NCBI GenBank assembly: GCA_017459075.1
Contig: JAFUDQ010000028.1
Coordinates: 8,045-72,044 of the forward strand
Source: Bacteroidales bacterium
GTDB taxonomy: Bacteria > Bacteroidota > Bacteroidia > Bacteroidales > UBA932
DNA length: 64,000 nt
Direction: 5' to 3'
Below, in pieces: positions 28,066-37,151 of the stretch. Each line of letters starts with the position of its first letter. The first letter of the stretch is position 1. The notes beneath the pieces are model-generated. The model was not told the origin of the DNA. It did no database searches and saw nothing but the letters and a program-made list of their open reading frames with translations. A program made the position numbers and the translations under genes.

Positions 28066-29133
28066 ATGAGGCTATTCGGGGCGATAAGGGATGTGCTGAT
28101 TCCGGCGAAGTGCGCGGTGTGCGGGCGGGTGCTGCTTCGCGATGAGTGGCATCTTTGCCTTGGGTGCCTTGCGGATATGCCGCTGACGTTTTTCTGGATG
28201 ACCCCGCACAACAAGATGGCGGATGCCTTCAATGATTTGATACAGAGGTCTTTGGCCGATGACGCTCCGTATGAACCGTATTCCCGTGCTACGGCTTTGT
28301 TCTATTATCAGGGGGAGTACGAGCATCTTACCAAGGCGGTAAAATACGGCGGCAACGCCGCGCTCGGCATCTGGCTAGGCCAGATGCTGGGGCGGCGGCT
28401 GTTGGCTGCCGGCTTTTCCGGGGCGACAGCCCCGACCGAAAAGCCCGCGGCGTTGCCGCCAAAGCCCGGAGGGATACCTTTTGGGGTTGGCGGAATGCCG
28501 CCGGTGACGGCGGTGGTGCCAGTGCCGCTGCACTGGAGGCGGCGCTGGAGACGTGGCTACAATCAGGCGGAGCTTATAGCAAGGGGCGTGGCGGAGGCCA
28601 TCGGTGCTCCGCTGCGGACGGACATCCTGCGCAAAGTACGGTCTACCGGCAGCCAGACCAAGCTCAGCCACGAGGAGCGCCTGGCGAACGTCGCGTCCGC
28701 CTTCAGGGCCGACGGGGCGGCACTGGCTTCGCTCCAGAGTAGATTTCCGGTCAAGCCGGGAATGACGGAAGCGGTGCCCGGAATGACGGAAGCGGTGCCC
28801 GGAATGACGGAATCTGGCCCGGGAATGACGGAAAGGGAACCGGGAATGACGGAAGCGGAACCGGGAATGACGGAAGGGGTGCCGGGAATGACGGGGAATG
28901 TCATTCCGAGCGTAGTCGAGGAATCTCATATCCTTTTGGTAGATGATGTGTTTACCACGGGGGCGACCTTGTTTTCCGCCCGGCAGGCCCTTTTGGCGGC
29001 AATGGGTGACAGATTCCCGGTCAAGCCGGGAATGACGGAAGCGGGCCCGGGAATGACGGAAGCGGCCCCGGGACAGACAGCTGTCAAGCCCGGATTAAGG
29101 ATTTCAGTAGCGACCCTGGCTTATGCCCAATAA
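28066..29133 (+). CDS. comF: ComF-family (phosphoribosyltransferase-like) protein with in-frame repeat insertions
   Basis: CAVC...CLGC zinc ribbon, KYGG, VPVPLH...RGYNQAE, ILLVDDVFTTGAT. Confidence 0.9.
   Translation: MRLFGAIRDVLIPAKCAVCGRVLLRDEWHLCLGCLADMPLTFFWMTPHNKMADAFNDLIQRSLADDAPYEPYSRATALFYYQGEYEHLTKAVKYGGNAALGIWLGQMLGRRLLAAGFSGATAPTEKPAALPPKPGGIPFGVGGMPPVTAVVPVPLHWRRRWRRGYNQAELIARGVAEAIGAPLRTDILRKVRSTGSQTKLSHEERLANVASAFRADGAALASLQSRFPVKPGMTEAVPGMTEAVPGMTESGPGMTEREPGMTEAEPGMTEGVPGMTGNVIPSVVEESHILLVDDVFTTGATLFSARQALLAAMGDRFPVKPGMTEAGPGMTEAAPGQTAVKPGLRISVATLAYAQ
28741..28926 (+). repeat. In-frame REP plus 7x 21-bp tandem array inside comF
   Basis: AGATTTCCGGTCAAGCCGGGAATGAC, units CC(G/C)GGAATGACGG at 28756+21n, then TGTCATTCCGAGCGTAGTCGAGGAATCT. 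Confidence 0.9.
29011..29093 (+). repeat. Second in-frame REP plus 21-bp units inside comF
   Basis: AGATTCCCGGTCAAGCCGGGAATGAC (29011-29036) then units at 29047 and a degenerate one at 29068. Confidence 0.85.
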
Positions 29134-29188
29134 TTTTGGAAACTTAAGGATTTATCCTTAGTTTTGTGAACACACAAAAGAAACAACC

Positions 29189-30658
29189 ATGAAGAAGACA
29201 CTCGTTTACCTTGCAGCACTGCTCCTGACAGCACTCTCATGCGGAACCAAAGACCCCGGCGCACCCGCCCCCTACGGAACCCTCCCCACCAAAGGCCAGA
29301 TAGACTGGCAGAGGCAGGAACTAATTATGTTCTACCACTTTGGCCAGGCCACATTCTCTGGCTGGGACGGAGAGAACCCCTCCTGCAACGGAAAGCCCTG
29401 GACCGCTGAACTCCTGCTCCAGAACTACGCACCGGCCACCATCGACGCAGACCAGTGGGTAAAAACAGCTGCAGACAACGGCTTCAAGGAAGTAATCATC
29501 ACCGCAAAGCATCACGACGGCTTCTGCCTCTGGGATAATCCGGAGAGCACGGTAGACATCGCCAATGAAAAATGCAAAAACCACACAGACGTTGTGAAAG
29601 CCGTTTCAGACGCCTGCGCAAAATACGGTGTAAACCTTGGCATCTACCTCTCCCCCTGGGACAGGATGATAGAGGCTGCGGGTTATGATATTGATACTTA
29701 TGAGGTTATGTACAAGAACGCCCTTAAAGACCTCATGACAAAATACGGCAAGGTAACAGAGATTTGGTTCGACGGCAACCATGCCGGCGCCTTCAACTGG
29801 CCCGCAGTGAACGAGGTAGTCTTCGGCATCAATCCGGACTGCGTAATCTTCTCCAACGGAGGCCCAGGCTGCCGCTGGGTTGGCAATGAGCAGGGAGAAG
29901 CCGGCGAAACCAACTGGTCTACCCTTGACGCCGTCGGCCGCAAACTCACTCCCGGTCACATGGAAGGAGACTACAAGACTTTCCTTGGTTCAGGAGACGA
30001 GGGCGCATCCCGCTGGGTACCGGCGGAAAGCGACTTCAGCATCCAGCAAATCGGAGACCCCAACGGCTGGTTCTACGGGGCCGATGACCCCAGGAAGACG
30101 GCATCGGACCTGATGGACATCTATTACAAAAGCGTCGGCCGCAACTCCATCTTCCTCATGAACGTTCCGCCGTCTGACAAAGGCGTCATCGACGCAAAAG
30201 AAGTTGCAATCATGGAAGAATTCACCCGCATGCGCACCGCCGTTTTCGGGACTAACCTGGCCGATGGTGCCACCGTTACCGCCACCAATGTCCGTGGCAG
30301 CAAATATGCCCCTGCAAACCTTCTGGACGGGGATTATGATTCATATTTTGCAACAGAGGACGATGTCACTGACGTGGATATAGATTTCACTCTTGACGGT
30401 GAAAAGACTTTCAACCGCGTAATGCTTCAGGAGTATATCCCTCTGGGACAGCGCGTGAAGGCCTTCTCAATAGCAGTGAAATTTGACGGAGTGTGGACGG
30501 AATGGGGTAGCGGAGAAACCACAACAATCGGACACAAGCGCATCATTCTTGGGGAAACCGTAACTACGGATGCTGTCAAAATATGTATCAATGAATCAAA
30601 TGCTTGCCCGGTATTGAACGGTTTCGGCCTCTTTAATGATACCGTCTCCGGACTCTAA
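29189..30658 (+). CDS. GH29 alpha-L-fucosidase with C-terminal F5/8-type domain, lipoprotein
   Basis: TAKHHDGFCLW, YLSPWDR, IWFDG, RWVGNEQG, YYKSVGRN, EYIPLGQRV, TIGHKRI. Confidence 0.92.
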   Translation: MKKTLVYLAALLLTALSCGTKDPGAPAPYGTLPTKGQIDWQRQELIMFYHFGQATFSGWDGENPSCNGKPWTAELLLQNYAPATIDADQWVKTAADNGFKEVIITAKHHDGFCLWDNPESTVDIANEKCKNHTDVVKAVSDACAKYGVNLGIYLSPWDRMIEAAGYDIDTYEVMYKNALKDLMTKYGKVTEIWFDGNHAGAFNWPAVNEVVFGINPDCVIFSNGGPGCRWVGNEQGEAGETNWSTLDAVGRKLTPGHMEGDYKTFLGSGDEGASRWVPAESDFSIQQIGDPNGWFYGADDPRKTASDLMDIYYKSVGRNSIFLMNVPPSDKGVIDAKEVAIMEEFTRMRTAVFGTNLADGATVTATNVRGSKYAPANLLDGDYDSYFATEDDVTDVDIDFTLDGEKTFNRVMLQEYIPLGQRVKAFSIAVKFDGVWTEWGSGETTTIGHKRIILGETVTTDAVKICINESNACPVLNGFGLFNDTVSGL

Positions 30659-30768
30659 TGACAGATTATCCGTTTTTGTTACTGGATTTTCCGGAATTTT
30701 AAACAGAAAGCGGCTAATAGATTAAAAATACTATGTATTTTCTAAAAAAACGTTTAATTTTGCACCCT

Positions 30769-32814
30769 ATGGTACAAAAAGCGAACGTTTTTTTAATGTG
30801 CATTGCCCTTTTTGCGACAATGTCCTGCAGTAGTAAAGACTCTATTCCAAATGAGCCTGAGTATAAAACAGTTGCAGTAACCGGCGTAACAGTAGGACCA
30901 ACATCCCTGGAACTGAAAGTTGGGGAAACCGGCCAGCTCAGCGCCAGCGTAACCCCCAGAAACGCCACCAATCCCGGAGTGAAATGGAATTCAGGAAACA
31001 CTTCCATTGCAACCGTCGATGGCAACGGTCTTGTAACGGGAATCGGCGCCGGCAGCACTGTAGTCGTTGTTGTAACGGACGATGGCAGCTTCAAGGATAA
31101 ATGCTCCATCGTCGTCAAGGAAGCAGAAAAACCGGTTGTTCACGTTACCGGAGTCAGCCTTGACAAAACATCCCTGACAATGGAAATAGGGGAGAGTGCA
31201 ACGCTTACCGCCACAGTTGAACCTGTAAATGCAGAGAACAAGGCTGTCACATGGTACAGCTCTTCTTCTACCGTTGCTACGGTTTCAGCCGGCAGGGTAA
31301 CGGCAGTCGCCGCAGGAACAGCTACCATCGGCGTATCTACCGTTGACGGAGGATTTACTGCAAGCTGCACGGTTACAGTGAACGCAGGTGCGCCTTCAGA
31401 CCCAGGAGCACCCACAGCCTACGGCGCAGTTCCTACCAAAGGACAGCTCGCATGGCAGCGCCAGGAACTCCTCATGTTCTATCATTACGGCCAGGCAACC
31501 TTCTCCGGCTGGGACGGTGAGAATTCAACATGCAACGGACGCTCTTGGACAGAAAGCCTTCTGCTCCAGAATTATACCCCTACCACTATCGATGCTGACC
31601 AGTGGGTAAAGACTGCCGCAGACAACGGCTTCAAAGAGGTAATCCTAACCGCAAAGCATCATGACGGCTTCTGCCTCTGGGACAATCCTGAAAGCACAAC
31701 AGACGTCGCCAATTCCAATTGCAAGAACCATACAGACGTTGTAAAGGCCGTTTCAGACGCCTGCACCAAGTACGGAGTGAACCTTGGTATCTATCTCTCA
31801 CCTTGGGACAGGATGATTGAAGCAGCCGGTTACAGCACCTCCCAATATGAGGATATGTACAAAAAGGCCCTCAAGAGCCTTATGACCAGCTATGGCAAGG
31901 TAGTTGAGATGTGGTTCGACGGCAACCATGCCGGCTCCTTCAACTGGTCTGCAGTGAATCAGGTTGTGTACGATGCCAACCCGGACTGCGTAATCTTCTC
32001 CAATGGCGGCCCCGGCTGCCGCTGGGTCGGAAATGAGGCCGGCGAGGCCGGAGAGACCAACTGGTCCACCCTGAACATCAGCGGCCGCGGCCTTTCTCCG
32101 AGCAACCTTCCTGGCAACTATGAGTCATACCTTAGCCAGGGAGACGAGGGCGCTTCTTCATGGTGCCCCGCAGAGTGCGACTTCAGCATCCAGCAGATCG
32201 GAGACCACAACGGCTGGTTCTACGGTGCATCGGACAGCCGCAAGACCGCAAAGGAACTCATGAACCTTTATTACAAGAGCGTGGGCCGCAATTCAGTCTT
32301 CCTAATGAACGTTCCGCCGTCCAACAACGGCGTCATCGCCTCACAGGAAAAGACTGTCATTGAGGAGTTTACGAGCATGCGTAACAGCATCTTCGGTACC
32401 AATCTTGCCGATGGTGCCACGGCAACCGCCACCAACGTCCGCGGCAATGTGACGGACAAATATGGCCCTGCCAACATGCTTAACGGCAACTACGATTCTT
32501 ATTTTGCAACCGACAACAACGTCACAACAGTCGAAATCGAATTCAATCTCTCAGGCAGCAAGACCTTCAACAGGGTGATGCTCCAGGAATACATTCCTCT
32601 TGGCCAGCGCGTCAGGAGCTTTGAGATTCAGGTTAAGAGAAACGGCAGCTGGACGTCATGGGGAAATGGTTCAAAAACCACCATCGGCCATAAGAGAATC
32701 ATTCTTGGCAGCTCCGTTACCACAGATGCCGTGAAGATAAGAATCACTGGCTCAAAGGCTTGTCCCGTCCTGAACGGCTTTGGATTGTATAACGACACCG
32801 TTTCCGGTCTATGA
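30769..32814 (+). CDS. GH29 alpha-L-fucosidase with two N-terminal Big_2 (Ig-like) domains, lipoprotein
   Basis: Two VTGV...ATV...G.VT Ig repeats, then a GH29 domain paralogous to the upstream gene; TAATTTTG box at 30755 supports this start. Confidence 0.9.
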   Translation: MVQKANVFLMCIALFATMSCSSKDSIPNEPEYKTVAVTGVTVGPTSLELKVGETGQLSASVTPRNATNPGVKWNSGNTSIATVDGNGLVTGIGAGSTVVVVVTDDGSFKDKCSIVVKEAEKPVVHVTGVSLDKTSLTMEIGESATLTATVEPVNAENKAVTWYSSSSTVATVSAGRVTAVAAGTATIGVSTVDGGFTASCTVTVNAGAPSDPGAPTAYGAVPTKGQLAWQRQELLMFYHYGQATFSGWDGENSTCNGRSWTESLLLQNYTPTTIDADQWVKTAADNGFKEVILTAKHHDGFCLWDNPESTTDVANSNCKNHTDVVKAVSDACTKYGVNLGIYLSPWDRMIEAAGYSTSQYEDMYKKALKSLMTSYGKVVEMWFDGNHAGSFNWSAVNQVVYDANPDCVIFSNGGPGCRWVGNEAGEAGETNWSTLNISGRGLSPSNLPGNYESYLSQGDEGASSWCPAECDFSIQQIGDHNGWFYGASDSRKTAKELMNLYYKSVGRNSVFLMNVPPSNNGVIASQEKTVIEEFTSMRNSIFGTNLADGATATATNVRGNVTDKYGPANMLNGNYDSYFATDNNVTTVEIEFNLSGSKTFNRVMLQEYIPLGQRVRSFEIQVKRNGSWTSWGNGSKTTIGHKRIILGSSVTTDAVKIRITGSKACPVLNGFGLYNDTVSGL

Positions 32815-33545
32815 GAAATCTGATCCTCCTGCTTGCCTTGCTTGGTCTTATGGGCGCCTGCGCACCCAAAGACGGTATCCGTACAATGCGTGCATCCACA
32901 AGCAAGGAAGTGGACCTTGGAAAAATCAAGGAGATTGACGGCCCTGTCAAGGTAAGGCTCCTCCTTAGGAATGACTATAAGGATACCCTTTATCCCGTGC
33001 AGCTGTACACCCCGTGCGGGTGCACGCAGGCCAGTTTTGACAAGAAGCCTGTCGCCCCCGGTGAAGATGAGGTGCTGGAAGTAGTCTATAATCCCGCCTA
33101 CAACCCCGGTCCAATGATGGAGCAGATTCAGATACTTTATACAAACTCTCCCACGCGCGTGCGCATAATAACTATTAAGGGAGAGGTCATCGGTTACAAT
33201 CATCCCATAGAAGAAGACCGCCCCTATGCCTTTGGCGAGGGTTTGTACATGAGCCATAAGGTTCTGAGCTACGGCCTTGTGCGCCCTGGCGACACTTCTG
33301 ACATGTTCTTCCGCTACGGGAACGGAAACACCGGCTCCGCCACCGTTGAATTCGAGATTCCGGAGGAGTGGAAGCCCTTCTTCCGCCTTCGCCAGCCCGG
33401 TAAGATGAAGGCCGATGAACGTGATACCCTCCATGCCCGTTTTACTATGCCGATGGGTGTGGACAGCGCTTATTTTGCAGTACGCCCCATTGTGGACGGA
33501 AAATATACGGATGAAGTCCTGTCAGTGCGGGCTGTATCCAGATAG
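32811..33545 (+). CDS. DUF1573 domain lipoprotein
   Basis: TPCGCT...PVAPGE motif; lipobox MGAC. Confidence 0.8.
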   Translation: MRNLILLLALLGLMGACAPKDGIRTMRASTSKEVDLGKIKEIDGPVKVRLLLRNDYKDTLYPVQLYTPCGCTQASFDKKPVAPGEDEVLEVVYNPAYNPGPMMEQIQILYTNSPTRVRIITIKGEVIGYNHPIEEDRPYAFGEGLYMSHKVLSYGLVRPGDTSDMFFRYGNGNTGSATVEFEIPEEWKPFFRLRQPGKMKADERDTLHARFTMPMGVDSAYFAVRPIVDGKYTDEVLSVRAVSR

Positions 33546-33594
33546 ATAAATGAAAACAAAACCTAAACAAATATTACTACTAATTAAAAACCTT

Positions 33595-36500
33595 ATGAGT
33601 TTCCAACTAAAGAAAGTCTTTGCAGGCGCCTTCGCGGTGCTTGCCGGGCTGTTCCTTGCAGGTGGGACCGCTTTCGCCCAGAACAGGACGATTACGGGTA
33701 CTGTCACCGACGAGTTCGGTGAACCTCTCATCGGCGCAAGTGTCATCGTTGAAGGAAACACCAGCGTAGGTGTAATAACAGACCTGGACGGTAATTATTC
33801 CATTTCCGTTCCGGCAGACGCTGTTGCACTCCGCTATTCCTTCATCGGACAGGAAGACGCCGTAGAGCAGATCGGAGACCGTACGGTTATCAATGTCCAG
33901 CTTGCGACGGCATCTACCGTCCTCAATGCGACAGTGGTAACGGCTATGGGTATCCGAAAAGAGGAAAAATCCCTTTCCTACAATGTTCAGCAGCCGAAAC
34001 TGGAGAGCGTAAGCCCTGTTGGATCCTTCGTCAACAGCCTTAACGGTAAGGTTGCCGGAGTTTCCATTAACCAGTCTTCTTCTGGTGTGGGAGGAACCTC
34101 ACGTATCGTCATGCGTGGTTCCAAATCCATCTCAAACAACAACAATGCACTGTATGTGATTGACGGTATCCCTATGCAGTCCCTGCGCGGCTCACAGCCG
34201 GAGGGTACCTATGCGGGAGCAGGTCAGACCGGTGACGTCCTCGGTACTTTGAACCAGGAAGATATCGAGTCTATCTCCGTCCTCTCAGGCCCTTCAGCAG
34301 CGGCTCTTTACGGTGCAAATGCAGCAAATGGTGTCATCATCATCACCACAAAGAAAGGTGGAAAAGACCGTTTGGATATTGACTATTCAAACAGCACCAT
34401 CTTCTCACGTGCCTATGTGATGCCTTCATTCCAGAACACTTACGGCCCTACTTCTCCCGGTTCATACTACAGCTGGGGAAGCAAACTGGACACCCCGTCC
34501 TCTTACAAGCCGCGTGATTTCTTCCAGACAGGTGTAAACGAGGTTAACTCTATCGCCCTGTCAACTGGTACCGACCGCAGCCAGACCTATGTTTCTGCAG
34601 GTGTGGCCAATGCCCGCGGTATCATCCACAACAACAATGTAAACAGGTACAATCTGTCCTTCCGCAACACTACAGACCTTCTCAAAGACGTCCTCACCAT
34701 GGATATCAATGTAACTTACGGTCGTGTAAGCGAGCAGAACATGATTTCCCAGGGTGAATATGGTAACCCTGTAGTTCCTGTATACCTCTTTCCTGCAGGA
34801 GACGACTTTTCCAAGCTTCAGGTTTACGAGCGTTACGACGCCGGCCGTAATTTCAAGACCCAGTTCTGGCCTTATGACTTCATCCAGTCAATGCAGAACC
34901 CTTACTGGATTACGGAACACCAGAAATGGCAGAACCTGAAGAACCGTCTCATGGGCTCCGCACAGCTCTCTTACAAGCCTCTCAACTGGCTCACCCTCTC
35001 TGCCCGCGCCAAGTTCGACCGCACGGACGAGAAGCAGGAGCAGAAGTTCGACGCCGGTACCAACACCCTGTTCACAGAGGGTTCAAAGCACGGTAAATAC
35101 GGACTCAACAACCAGTACACAGAGCAGAAGTTCGCAGAGTTCCTTGCCTCCTTCAATAAGTACTTCGGAGACAACGCCTTCAATCTTACCGGTGTAGTTG
35201 GTACGAACATCGATGACATCCGTTTCCGTTCAGATTATATCAACGGACCTCTTGCCATGGTTAACAACAAGTTCAACCTCAACAACATCGACCGTAGCAG
35301 CACCCATACCAATCTTGGTTCAAGCGGATGGCATTCACAGAACCAGTCTGTCTTCGCCAACGCCCAGCTTGGATGGCGCAGCAGGGTTTACCTGGATATG
35401 ACCTACCGTATTGACTGGAACTCTACGCTGTGGACAGCCGGTGCCATTACTTATCCTACAGTAGGTCTCTCCGGTATCGTCACAGAACTCCTTCCTTTCC
35501 TCAAGAGCAGTTTCTTCCCTTATTGGAAAGTACGCGCTTCTTATTCGGAGGTAGGTAATACTCCCAACCCGGCAGACTTCGCCCTTTATCCTACTTATGC
35601 ACAGACCAACGGAAGCATCAGCACTGATATCCGCCGTCAGAATACGGACCTTGATCCGGAGCGCACCAAATCTTGGGAACTCGGTACCAATATCCACTTC
35701 TTCGACAGCAAACTCCAGATCGATGCTACCGTTTACAACTCCAACACTTTCAATCAGTTCTATACCGCTCGCCTGAGTTCTACTTCTACAAACAGCGGCA
35801 TGTTGCTGAATGGTGGTAAGGTAAACAACAAGGGTATTGAGCTTGCACTCCGCTATGATGATTCCATCGGCAAAGTAAACTTCGGCACTTATGTAACATG
35901 GACATGGAACAAGAACACCATCAAGAGCCTCAGCTTCGTAGATCCTACCGACGGAAAGGTTTACGGACGTGACGGTATCTCCGTAGGCGGCTTCGGCGGT
36001 GTGAACAACGTTCTTTATGAAGGTGGTTCCCTTGGCGATGTTTACGTAACTACAATCGCTACCGATGAAAACGGCTTCTACAAGCAGAATTCTGACGGTA
36101 TGATTATAGCCGATTACGATGAAAAGGATATGATTTTTGCAGGTACAACCGATGCCAAGCACCGCCTCAGCTGGGGTGGCCATGTTGGCTGGAACGGTAT
36201 TACCGCAAGCTTCCTCTTCACCGGCCGCTTCGGTGGTGTGGCTATCTCAAAGACCCAGGCTGTCATGGATTACTACGGTATCTCCCAGAACACAGCCGAC
36301 GCCCGCGAGCAGGGTTACTTCATGATTAACGGCATGAAGAACTACGACATCCAGGGCTACTATCAGGTAATCGGTGCAAACCAGGGCGTAATGAGCCAGT
36401 ATGTTTACAGCGCAACCAACGTTCGCCTCGCAGAGGTTTCCGTAGGTTACGACTTCCCTTGCAAGAACTGGGGATGGATCAAGGGCGTCAATGTTTCTGT

Positions 36501-37140
36501 TGTCGGAAACAACCTTGCAATGCTTTACCTGAAGGCTCCGTTCGATCCTGAAATGACCTCAAGTGCAGGTACTTACAACCAGGGCATCGACTACTTCATG
36601 CAGCCTTCTACAAGAAGCGTAGGCTTCTCTGTAAAACTTAAGTTCGGAGGCAGCACCGCATCCAAGTCTGATGCAGTAGCATCCCACGACACCTATCGTC
36701 CCGCCAGAAGCGCCGTAGAGGAGCCTAAGGTAGTGGAGAAGGTGGTTTACAAGGACAAGGTAGTAGAGAAGGTGGTAGAGAAGGAAGTTATCAAGGAAGT
36801 TCCTGCCAAGACTTTGACAGAGACCTACTCTGATGATTTGTACTTCATCATCGGCAAAGCCGAAATCCGCCCGGACGAGGCATTCAAGCTCGGCCGCATC
36901 TGCCAGATCCTCAAGGACAATCCTGATGCAAAGGTTACCATCACCGGCTACGCCGACAGTGGTACCGGAACAGATGAAATCAACCGTGAACTCTCCGGTC
37001 AGCGCGCCGACAAGGTTGTTGACATGCTCGTGAGTGCCGGTATTTCCCGCAGCAGGATAATCAGCTCTTCTTATGCAGGAGACCGCGACGCTTCCAAGAG
37101 TCCTGAATTCAACCGTGTTGCTGTATGTATCGTCAAATAA
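33595..37140 (+). CDS. susC: SusC/RagA TonB-dependent transporter fused to a C-terminal OmpA-like domain
   Basis: GEPLIGASV, TDLDGNYSI, LYVIDG, AAALYG..AANGVIIITTKKG, barrel end GFSVKLKF (36645), then GYADSGTG...NRELSGQRA...NRVA. Confidence 0.92.
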   Translation: MSFQLKKVFAGAFAVLAGLFLAGGTAFAQNRTITGTVTDEFGEPLIGASVIVEGNTSVGVITDLDGNYSISVPADAVALRYSFIGQEDAVEQIGDRTVINVQLATASTVLNATVVTAMGIRKEEKSLSYNVQQPKLESVSPVGSFVNSLNGKVAGVSINQSSSGVGGTSRIVMRGSKSISNNNNALYVIDGIPMQSLRGSQPEGTYAGAGQTGDVLGTLNQEDIESISVLSGPSAAALYGANAANGVIIITTKKGGKDRLDIDYSNSTIFSRAYVMPSFQNTYGPTSPGSYYSWGSKLDTPSSYKPRDFFQTGVNEVNSIALSTGTDRSQTYVSAGVANARGIIHNNNVNRYNLSFRNTTDLLKDVLTMDINVTYGRVSEQNMISQGEYGNPVVPVYLFPAGDDFSKLQVYERYDAGRNFKTQFWPYDFIQSMQNPYWITEHQKWQNLKNRLMGSAQLSYKPLNWLTLSARAKFDRTDEKQEQKFDAGTNTLFTEGSKHGKYGLNNQYTEQKFAEFLASFNKYFGDNAFNLTGVVGTNIDDIRFRSDYINGPLAMVNNKFNLNNIDRSSTHTNLGSSGWHSQNQSVFANAQLGWRSRVYLDMTYRIDWNSTLWTAGAITYPTVGLSGIVTELLPFLKSSFFPYWKVRASYSEVGNTPNPADFALYPTYAQTNGSISTDIRRQNTDLDPERTKSWELGTNIHFFDSKLQIDATVYNSNTFNQFYTARLSSTSTNSGMLLNGGKVNNKGIELALRYDDSIGKVNFGTYVTWTWNKNTIKSLSFVDPTDGKVYGRDGISVGGFGGVNNVLYEGGSLGDVYVTTIATDENGFYKQNSDGMIIADYDEKDMIFAGTTDAKHRLSWGGHVGWNGITASFLFTGRFGGVAISKTQAVMDYYGISQNTADAREQGYFMINGMKNYDIQGYYQVIGANQGVMSQYVYSATNVRLAEVSVGYDFPCKNWGWIKGVNVSVVGNNLAMLYLKAPFDPEMTSSAGTYNQGIDYFMQPSTRSVGFSVKLKFGGSTASKSDAVASHDTYRPARSAVEEPKVVEKVVYKDKVVEKVVEKEVIKEVPAKTLTETYSDDLYFIIGKAEIRPDEAFKLGRICQILKDNPDAKVTITGYADSGTGTDEINRELSGQRADKVVDMLVSAGISRSRIISSSYAGDRDASKSPEFNRVAVCIVK

Positions 37141-37151
37141 AGGAGAGCGCT

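Noticed and set aside
28756-28900. 21-bp periodic array as a mini-CRISPR
   Set aside because: Variable parts are only 6 nt, the array is in frame within comF, and no cas genes are present.
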